The notes under the pieces were generated by a model. The model did not search any database and was not told the origin of the DNA. It saw nothing but the letters and a program-made list of their open reading frames with translations. Shown in pieces: positions 53,815-64,000 of a DNA stretch of 64,000 nucleotides. Each line of letters opens with the position of its first letter. Within the stretch, counting starts at the first letter, position 1. Position numbers and translations under genes: made by a program. Source of the stretch: Macrostomum lignano (Eukaryota); contig NIVC01001092.1 in NCBI GenBank assembly GCA_002269645.1, positions 124,001 through 188,000 on the forward strand, written 5' to 3'.

Positions 53815-54545
53815 ATAACTCACTGCTTATCCCTCAGTGACTCCGGACTTATCCCTCAGTGACTCTCAGTGCTTATCCCTCAGTAACTGACTCTCAGTGC
53901 TTATCCCTCAGTGACTCTCGGTGCTTATCCCTCAGTGACTCTCAGTGCTTATCCCTCAGTAACTGACTCTCAGTGCTTATCCCTCAGTGACTCTCGGTGC
54001 TTATCCCTCAGTGATTCTCAGTGCTTATCCCTCAGTGACTCTCAGTGCTTATCCCTCAGTAACTGACTCTCAGTGCTTATCCCTCAGTGACTCTCGGTGC
54101 TTATCCCTCAGTGACTCTCAGTGCTTATCCCTCAGTAACTGACTCTCAGTGCTTATCCCTCAGTGACTCTCGGTGCTTATCCCTCAGTGATTCTCAGTGC
54201 TTATCCCTCAGTGACTGACTCTCAGTGCCTATCCCTCAGTGACTCTCAATGCTTATCCCTCAGTGACTCTCGGTGCTTATCCCTCAGTGACTCTCAGTGC
54301 TTATCCCTCAGTAACTGACTCTCAGTGCTTATCCCTCAGTGACTCTCGGTGCTTATCCCTCAGTGATTCTCAGTGCTTATCCCTCAGTGACTGACTCTCA
54401 GTGCCTATCCCTCAGTGACTCTCAATGCTTATCCCTCAGTGACTCTCACTGCTTATCCCTCAGTGACTCTGAAGGCTACAACTCAGTGACTCTTAGTGCT
54501 CAGCCCATAGTGACTCTCAGTGCTACCCCTCAGTGACTCTCAGTT
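53815..54545. repeat. 24-bp minisatellite (CTCAGTGCTTATCCCTCAGTGACT)n downstream of CEPT1
   Basis: Direct tandem array, same family as 55205-55712. Confidence 0.95.
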
Positions 54546-54705
54546 CAGCGTCAGCTTCAGTGAGACTGGGATCTCTAGAGCACCAGAGGCTACTACTCCC
54601 CTCCGCACCTGCGTCCTATCTCATCAATAAAAAGTCGGCCTCCAAACCAGACTCAACAGCTAGTGGTCCTTGGAATCGCCCGATAACAAGCGGACAAAGC
54701 GTTAT

Positions 54706-57700
54706 TTAAGAAATTCGCAGCACTTGAACGCCCAGATAAGCTGCAATCTGGCGGCACACACGGCCAGAATATACGGCGCAGTCAGCAGCCGCGGCGACCG
54801 ACACCCCCCAGCCGACTTGGCCTTCGGTCAGGCCGAGCCACCGATGACCGACGCCGATGCCAACTGCCAGCAGGGCCGGCCAGACTAGGCAGAGGTCCAG
54901 AGTTCGAATCGATGACCGGGTCATCTGGGCTATGATCAATCGTTGGCAGGTTTTCACAGCCGGGGCGCCCAGAGCGAATGCCAGCAGGCAGGGGTGGCGA
55001 TGCAGCGCGCCGGTGGAGACCGCGGCGCCGGCGGCAGCTGCCGACAAAAGTGACAGGGCCAGCCAGGCCAGGCCGGGCCCGAGGCGCCCGCTGCCGGCTA
55101 CGCTGAGACCGCCGGGCGTCGCCACGGAGACGGTCAGGCGGCACACAAGAGGAGCCGAGGCCAGGACGGTGGAGACCGGCTGGAGAAATGGGGAATTGAA
55201 TGTGAACTCTGTGACTCTCAGTGCTTATCCCTGTGACTCTCAGTGCTTATCCCTGTGACTCTCAGTGCTTATCCCTCAGTGCTTATCCCTGTGACTCTCA
55301 GTGCTTATCCTTCAGTGCTTATCCCTGTGACTCTTAGTGCTTATCCCTGTGACTCTCAGTGCTTATCCCTCAGTGCTTATCCCTGTGACTCTCAGTGCTT
55401 ATCCTTCAGTGCTTATCCCTGTGACTCTTAGTGCTTATCCCTGTGACTCTCAGTGCTTATCCCTCAGTGCTTATCCCATCCCTAAGTGACTCTCATGCTT
55501 ATATTTGTGACTCTTAGTGCTTATCCCTCAGTGACTCTCAGTGCTTATCTCTGACTCTCAGTGCTTATCCTTCAGCGACTCTCAGTGCTTATCCTTCAGC
55601 GACTCTCACTGCTTATCCCTCAGTGACTCTCAGTGCTTATCCCGCGACTCTCAGTACTTGTACCTCAGTGACTCTCAGTGCTTATCCCTGACTCTCAGCA
55701 CGTATCCCTCAGTGAACTGGAGCTTAGCCCTAAATTAGCCACTCACTGCTGCTGTCTATTTAGCTGTGCACTAACCGCAGCCAACTCTGCTTAACCAGCC
55801 CAATCCAAGACCCGCGCTAACCAGGCAGTGCCGGACCCGCAGCCAGGGCAGGCCAGCCGCCGGCTGCAAGTCCCAAACGCCGACGCCAGCGAATGCAGTG
55901 GCCAAAAAGACGGCCATGGCAGCCGCTTGAGCTTCGGTGACGTCAACAAAGCCGAATTGCAGGCGGCCGCTGTTATAGCCGAGCCAGTGGGCGGCGTAGA
56001 ACACAGTCTGGGCGGCGCCGATCATGAATAGCAACAGGTGGGGCTCCTCGCCTAAGCCCGCGGCAATGCAGACGCACAGGCACAGCAGCAGGGTGTTGGC
56101 CGCGTCGCAGCCGTGATCGAACAGCTCGCCTAAGGGGCTGGCCGTGCCCGTTCTGCGATTAGTGAAGGGGGGGGGGGCAAAAGGTGAGGTCTTTAGCTTC
56201 CTTGGGATAGGGGTATTTAAACTCATTAGGATCTGATTGTCTAGAGGCTCATAGAGACCGGGATCTTCAGACTCCTGAGCATCATTGAAACTCTCTGAGA
56301 CCCTCCAAAAGAAGTCTAAAGAGCTGCAAGGAGGCTAGATCTACAGACACAAAAGAGTCTCAATAATACTGGGATCTACAGACACAAAAGAGTCTCAATA
56401 ATACTGGGATCTACAGACACAAAAGAGTCTCAATAATACTGGGATCTACAGACACAAAAGAGCCTCAACAATAATGGGATCTACAGACACAAAAGAGTCT
56501 CAATAATACTGGGATCTACAGACACAAAAGAGCCTTAACAATAATGGGATCTACAGACACAAAAGAGTCTCAATAATACTGGGATCTACAGGCACAAAAG
56601 AGCCTCAATAATAATGGGATCTACAGACACAAGAGCCTAAAAAATAATGGCAAAAGAGTCTCAACAATAATGGGATCTACAGACACAAAAGAGTCTCAAT
56701 AATACTGGGATCTACAGACACAAAAGAGTCTCAATAATACTGGGATCTACAGACACAAAAGAGCCTCAACAATAATGGGATCTACAGACACAAAAGAGCC
56801 TCAACAATAATGGGATCTACAGACACAAAAGAGTCTCAATAATACTGGGATCTACAGACACAAAAGAGCCTCAACAATAATGGGATCTACAGACACAAAA
56901 GAGTCTCAATAATACTGGGATCTACAGACACAAAAGAGTCTCAATAATACTGGGATCTACAGACACAAAAGAGTCTCAATAATACTGGGATCTACAGACA
57001 CAAAAGAGCCTCAACAATAATGGGATCTACAGACACAAAAGAGTCTCAATAATACTGGGATCTACAGACACAAAAGAGCCTTAACAATAATGGGATCTAC
57101 AGACACAAAAGAGTCTCAATAATACTGGGATCTACAGGCACAAAAGAGCCTCAATAATAATGGGATCTACAGACACAAGAGCCTAAAAAATAATGGCAAA
57201 AGAGTCTCAACAATAATGGGATCTACAGACACAAAAGAGTCTCAATAATACTGGGATCTACAGACACAAAAGAGTCTCAATAATACTGGGATCTACAGAC
57301 ACAAAAGAGCCTCAACAATAATGGGATCTACAGACACAAAAGAGTCTCAATAATACTGGGATCTACAGACACAAAAGAGCCTCAACAATAATGGGATCTA
57401 CAGACACAAAAGAGCCTCAACAATAATGGGATCTACAGACACAAGAGTCTCAATAATACTGGGATCTACAGACACAAAAGAGCCTCAACAATAATGGGAT
57501 CTACAGACACAAAAGAGCCTCAACAATAATGGGATCTACAGACACAAAAGAGCCTCAACAATAATGGGATCTACAGACACAAAAGAGTCTCAATAATACT
57601 GGGATCTACAGACACAAAAGAGCCTCAACAATAATGGGATCTACAGACACAAAAGAGTCTCAATAATACTGGGATCTACAGGCACAAAAGAGCCTCAATA

Positions 57701-60482
57701 ATAATGGGATCTACAGACACAAGAGCCTAAAAAATAATGGCAAAAGAGTCTCAATAATAATGGCATCTACAGACACAAAAGAGTCTCAATAATAATGACA
57801 TCTACAGACACAAAAGAGTCTCAATAATAATGGGATCTACAGACACAAAAGAGTCTCAATAATACTGGGATCTACAGGCACAAAAGAGCCTCAATAATAA
57901 TGGGATCTACAGACACAAAAGAGCCTAAAAAATACTGGGATCTACAGACACAAAAGAGCCTCAACAATAATGGGATCTACAGACACAAAAGAGTCTCAAT
58001 AATACTGGGATCTACAGACACAAAAGAGCCTCAACAATAATGGGATCTACAGACACAAAAGAGTCTCAATAATACTGGGATCTACAGACACAAAAGAGCC
58101 TCAACAATAATGGGATCTACAGACACAAAAGAGTCTCAATAATACTGGGATCTACAGGCACAAAGAGCCTCAATAATAATGGGATCTACAGACACAAGAG
58201 CCTAAAAAATAATGGCAAAAGAGTCTCAACAATAATGGGATCTACAGGCACAAAAGAGTCTCAATAATACTGGGATCTACAGACACAAAAGAGTCTCAAT
58301 AATACTGGGATCTACAGACACAAAAGAGCCTCAACAATAATGGGATCTACAGACACAAAAGAGTCTCAATAATACTGGGATCTACAGACACAAAAGAGCC
58401 TCAACAATAATGGGATCTACAGACACAAAAGAGCCTCAACAATAATGGGATCTACAGACACAAGAGTCTCAATAATACTGGGATCTACAGACACAAAAGA
58501 GCCTCAACAATAATGGGATCTACAGACACAAAAGAGCCTCAACAATAATGGGATCTACAGACACAAAAGAGCCTCAACAATAATGGGATCTACAGACACA
58601 AAAGAGTCTCAATAATACTGGGATCTACAGACACAAAAGAGCCTCAACAATAATGGGATCTACAGACACAAAAGAGTCTTAATAATACTGGGATCTACAG
58701 GCACAAAAGAGCCTCAATAATAATGGGATCTACAGACACAAGAGCCTAAAAAATAATGGCAAAAGAGTCTCAATAATAATGGCATCTACAGACACAAAAG
58801 AGTCTCAATAATAATGACATCTACAGACACAAAAGAGTCTCAATAATAATGGGATCTACAGACACAAAAGAGTCTCAATAATACTGGGATCTACAGGCAC
58901 AAAAGAGCCTCAATAATAATGGGATCTACAGACACAAAAGAGTCTCAATAATACTGGGATCTACAGACACAAAAGAGTCTCAATAATACTGGGATCTACA
59001 GACACAAAAGAGCCTCAACAATAATGGGATCTACAGACACAAAAGAGCCTCAACAATAATAGGATCTACAGACACAAAAGAGTCTCAATAATACTGGGAT
59101 CTACAGACACAAAAGAGCCTCAACAATAATGAGATCTACAGACACAAAAGAGTCTCAATAATACTGGGATCTACAGACACAAAAGAGCCTCAACAATAAT
59201 GGGATCTACAGACACAAAAGAGTCTCAATAATACTGGGGTCTACAGGCACAAAGAGCCTCAATAATAATGGGATCTACAGACACAAGAGCCTAAAAAATA
59301 ATGGCAAAAGAGTCTCAATAATAATGGCATCTACAGACACAAAATAGTCTCAATAATAATGACATCTACAGACACAAAAGAGTCTCAATAATACTGGGAT
59401 CTACAGGCACAAAAGAGCCTCAATAATAATGGGATCTACAGACACAAAAGAGCCTAAAAAATACTGGGATCTACAGACACAAAAGAGCCTCAACAATAAT
59501 GGGATCTACAGACACAAAAGAGTCTCAATAATACTGGGATCTACAGACACAAAAGAGCCTCAACAATAATGGGATCTACAGACACAAAAGAGTCTCAATA
59601 ATACTGGGATCTACAGACACAAAAGAGCCTCAACAATAATGGGATCTACAGACACAAAAGAGTCTCAATAATACTGGGATCTACAGGCACAAAGAGCCTC
59701 AATAATAATGGGATCTACAGACACAAGAGCCTAAAAAATAATGGCAAAAGAGTCTCAATAATAATGGCATCTACAGACACAAAATAGTCTCAATAATAAT
59801 GACATCTACAGACACAAAAGAGTCTCAATAATACTGGGATCTACAGGCACAAAAGAGCCTCAATAATAATGGGATCTACAGACACAAAAGAGCCTAAAAA
59901 ATACTGGGATCTACAGACACAAAAGAGCCTCAAAAATACTGGGATCTGCAGACACAAAAGAGCTATAATGACACTTGGATCTGCAGACAGAAAAAAGCTA
60001 CGAGACTGGGATCTACAGACACACAAAGCCTCAAAAATACTGGGATCTACAGACACACAAAGCCTCAAAATACTGGGATCTACAGACACACAAAGCCTCA
60101 ATAATACTGGGATTTACAAAGCCTTGAAAGCCACTCACCTCCGCGCCTGTTTCCCATCGAGAGCGTCAAGAGTCTGATAGCTGAACAGGGCGACAGCGGC
60201 ATAGAGGCACAGCCAGGCCGGTGGATTCTGCCTGGCATCTGGGCAGAGCCACAGCATGAGGCCGGCACTGCTGGCATTGAAGGCCAAACCAGTCAGGGTC
60301 AGCGCATTGGGGGCGGCCCGCATGGGCACCAGGCAGAGCAGGCGACGCCAAAGTGGCTGCATGACAATCTCCAGCAGGGAACTGCCGCAGGCATTGTACT
60401 TGTGCTGGGCGAGACGGCGAAGCTGACGCTCATTCAGTGGACCAGTAATGAAACGACGAGAAGGTGATGAAGGCGAAGGCAT
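54706..60482 (-). CDS. CEPT1: Choline/ethanolamine phosphotransferase. Exons 60482-60139, 56152-55822, 55179-54706
   Basis: HKYNACGSSLLE...PNALTLTG; CDP-alcohol phosphotransferase motif DALDGKQARR/TGTASPLGELFDHGCD spanning intron 1; FGFVDVTEAQ; consistent phases. CEPT1 versus CHPT1 not resolvable. Confidence 0.9.
55205..55712. repeat. CTCAGTGCTTATCCC-family minisatellite in CEPT1 intron 2
   Basis: Same core as 53815-54545, same orientation. Confidence 0.9.
56335..60122. repeat. 35-bp minisatellite (GGGATCTACAGACACAAAAGAGTCTCAATAATACT)n with higher-order structure, CEPT1 intron 1
   Basis: ~3.8-kb array of variant units with a landmark variant recurring about every 0.44-0.55 kb. Confidence 0.97.
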
Positions 60483-61985
60483 TTTTGTCTACTTGTGCTG
60501 CAGACAATACTTCGCTTTAAATTTGCCTCAAGCAGCGGGGTGGAGAGGCCACAGAAAAATACACAAAGTATATTTTAGCTGACTGCTCTAACAACACACT
60601 TCAACTCGTTTTTTAGAACTGTCAGTTCTAATAAAGAATTTTGTCACTGTTTAAAACCAATCCAAGGTAAAAAAAATAACTTTTTGTGATATGTTACTTT
60701 AATTTCAATTTTCAATAGAAATATGCAAGTTTACATTTGATTAATTATACATTGTATAATAAAATTAAGTAGAGTGAAATATTAGCCCAACTTTTTTAAG
60801 TTTAAAGTTTTAACAACTAGATAAAATATTATCACAAGGCACAATGCAAATATTTGTATTAAACTTTTATTTTTATACTACATTTTATTTTAAAATATAT
60901 CATTTGAAACCTAACTTGGACAAAGTTTAAAAATAAAATAACAAAAAAATAAATTTACAAAATGTCTTCAATGATAATTAAAAAATTAAAATTTAAAAAA
61001 AATTTCATATAAAAAATGATTGGTAACTTAATAATTTGAAAAACAAAATAGTGACCTACATTATAAAAAATATTATTTTCTATTTATATATAGGCCTACA
61101 TGTATATTTATAATACAATTGTATGCAGCTATTTATTTAAATCAATTTCATTTTAAAGTATTTTATATCTAAAACCCTATATATTTAATCTGCTTGATTT
61201 AATATATAAAATCATATTTTTGCTTTTTATTTATAATTTGCCATTTTTAATAAAAATTATCATTGAAAAGTACTATAGTCATTAACTATATAAAGTTAAA
61301 CTATTAGAACTGTTAATCAATATAATAGGCTTAGACTCAATTTTAAATTCTATAAAAACTTGAATAGCTTTCTTTTTAAATGCTTTCTTATAGTTATAGG
61401 TCTATTTATAAATTATATTTATTATAAGATATTGTCCAATAAAACTACTTTCAATTTTCAAAGCACTAAGTTTCAAAGTAAAAAATCGCCTAGGATTATG
61501 CCTAAGATGCTATAGGGTAGTATAGGGTAGGCCCCTATTATTGAATGAATGACCTACATAACTTTTGCCAATAGTTTTTCAAACACATCTTATAACACTA
61601 TTTTAGGCCTACAACAATTAAAATTCCATAAAAAGTTTCTAAAAATGCTATGCTATATATAATATAGCTAATATAATTAAATAATAAATTAGAATAATAC
61701 ATATGATATTTTAAATACTAACAGACATGAATACTAAAATAAATTTAATAAACTAATATCCAAAAAAGTGCATCATGAAAGAATATCTAGATATAACTAC
61801 TATGCTTATTAATATATAACTAAGCTTAGTAAAATATCACAATTGACATGACATCAAATAATAATTAAGAAAGGGTATGACTTATGAGAGCTGATAAGGT
61901 TTAATCAATGAATAAAACCAAAGAGATATTCGTTTTATAAGCTAGGTATAAAAGGCCAACAGCTAGATGCGTTCGATCTTATTAC

Positions 61986-62179
61986 TACTCCGCGGTCGCC
62001 AGCAATAGCTCTAGCAATAGATTTTTAAAACTTGTTGTGCCACTTCCAAAATGAGTGGCTTTTATTTAAACATACTCTTTTTTGCCACCAGAGATGGTCC
62101 AAAAGCGTTTTTTCTTGTCGCCAGAGTCAACGAAAACTGTTAGTTCTATTCTGTAGCTTTTGCCGGCGACCACAGAGTA
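61986..62179. mobile_element. Putative small MITE (~25-bp imperfect TIRs, TA ends) in CEPT1/dynein intergenic region
   Basis: TACTCCGCGGTCGCCAGCAATAGCT versus reverse complement of AGCTTTTGCCGGCGACCACAGAGTA (21/25). Confidence 0.5.
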
Positions 62180-62578
62180 CTCTATTCAGATAAGTTTTGC
62201 GCTCGGCCTATTCTATAGCGTAGCTTATAGCGTATAGCTTATAGCGTATTTAGGTAAGGAAAATAATAGTTGTCAAGAGCAATCAGATGATTATGTCAAG
62301 AGGCAGTGTATGTTTTCATAAATCAGTATTTTTAATTTAATTACTTAATTGTTTTATTAGAAGGTTTATTCAGCACATATTTGTTCGATAGAATTTTTTT
62401 TATATTTTCTTTTGATTTACTGACTGCTGTCATGGCGTTGTTATAGATATTTGAAGTTATTCAAAACTGCGTAACCGAAAAAATTTGGACCTGATACTTT
62501 ACTTTTTTGTCGCAATTTATGAAGAAATTGTGACGCACTGACAGTAGAAGTTTCACCTTCCTACAGCAAGAGTGAAAC

Positions 62579-64000
62579 ATGGCGAGTGAACTGGAGATAG
62601 AAGACAAGCGTGTCTTCTTCCTCGCCGATTATGTGTTGAAGACACTGCGTATGCCAAAGGGAGACCGCTGGCAGAAAATGTATCAACTAGAGGACCAGCG
62701 CATCATCATTCACGACTTTCTGGATAAGAACGACAATATGCAGCTTTTTATCGTTGCAACTCCATCTGGAGGTCTACAAGCGCAGTACAACACCCCAAAC
62801 CTCCTGAAGTCAAAAGGCTGCTTCTTTTTTCGAAAGGGAAAAGAGGCGATCGGAAAGGACACCCAGTTGGCCAAAGTCCTCACATATGGAGACTTGTCAT
62901 ACAACCCGCTCGACCAGTTTGCTGGTTTTGTTGATGAGGTAAGATGAAATTGTTATATTATATGGTCATTTTTGATACAAGCCTGTTGTTACAAGCTGAG
63001 GCTCTCAGAAATTCAAGGATGAAAACTAGTATTTTCTCAAAAATTCCTATTATAGGTTCTCCTCCCGGTGCTGTCAAACGAGAAGAACAATGGAGCATGG
63101 CCCTACGTGGTCTCACAAGACATTATAAAGCAGATCCACCAACTGAAGCAGCACACTGAAGTGATTCTAGGCCACTCTCAGGGCAAGACGCACCTTCCAA
63201 TGCCTGTTGGAGGCGAGAAGATCGACGAAGAGAACGAAAAACTAAAGCAATCCAGCCCGCCGGCTGGAGAAGGAGATGCAGAAGCGGAGGCGGAGATCGA
63301 ACAAGGGTACGCTTGTGTTACAGATAAATGACAATACAGTACAAGTGTTGTACCCAGTGTATGTATCGAATAAGACAGTTTCTCATACGAGCAGACCACG
63401 CTAATAAGCCATATGCCAACAACATTTACAGAATGCCGAAGGCCACTCCTGACATTGACTGGAGCCTGGTCTATGCAATCGAGACTGTGGTGATCGACTG
63501 GACGCACCAGATCCACGAGATCCTGAAAAAGGACTCCGCGCAGGAACTACTAGAGGGAAAGAATCCCTTGCCGGCCACGGAGATTAGTTTCTGGAGCAGG
63601 AAGTCTTCAAATCTGGAGTACGTGTACGAGCAGGTAAACAAATCTCAACTTTAGCTTGCTACCTTGCTACTCTTGACCGCAGCTCTCAATGCCTTAGAAT
63701 GCTTTTTGAGCTTTTAAAAATCCATCTTCAATGATTAAAATATTGAAACATTTTTCATTCTCAGCTGACAAGCAGCAAAGTGCAGAAGATGGGCCACATC
63801 CTGGAGGCCGTCAACAGCTCGTACTCGCCGCCGTTCAAAGACATGTTTCGCAGCGTGGTTGCGTCCCTGCACGAAGCTCAGGACATCAGCTTGCATTTGA
63901 AGCCGCTGAACGACTTCCTTTCCGACCTGGAACAGGCTGAGTTCGACGAATGCCAGAAGCAGATCGGCCCCGTGTTCCATGTTTTGTGCCTCATCTGGGC
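62579..64000 (+). CDS. DNAH17: Axonemal outer-arm dynein heavy chain (beta-type, DNAH9/11/17 family), 5' partial. Exons 62579-62938, 63056-63306, 63432-63633, 63765->64000
   Basis: YGDLSYNPLDQFAGFVDE/VLLPVLSNEKNNGAWPYVVSQDI...GKTHLPMP, AIETVVIDWTHQI...NPLPATEISFW, EAQDISLHLKPL, VLCLIW: N-terminal tail (DHC_N1) of beta outer-arm dyneins. Exact paralogue uncertain. Confidence 0.88.

Overview
Eukaryotic (animal) genomic DNA with GC-rich exons, AT-rich introns and about one third of the window in tandem arrays. The gene style and repeat load resemble a free-living flatworm such as Macrostomum (inference, not verified). Left to right on the + strand: the 3' half of a frameshifted Ty3/Gypsy element with PPT and putative 3' LTR; MITE, foldback and SINE debris; Rab6 (first exon not found in the window); an unrecognised 2-exon gene; a sigma-like glutathione S-transferase; a secreted, probably GPI-anchored Xaa-Pro aminopeptidase; an OCA2/P-protein transporter with a 1-nt frameshift; and a single-exon class A GPCR. 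Then CEPT1/CHPT1 on the - strand, and head-to-head with it the 5' end of an outer-arm axonemal dynein heavy chain (+). About 26 mini/microsatellite arrays (~21 kb) occupy most long introns. No CRISPR, rRNA or intact tRNA was found. Most notable: the last Rab6 intron has a canonical U12-type (minor spliceosome) donor, GTATCCTTT. It can join in frame to either of two terminal exons of identical coding length (68 nt), each preceded by a U12-like branch point and each ending in a CxC prenylation motif, which predicts two Rab6 isoforms with different hypervariable tails.
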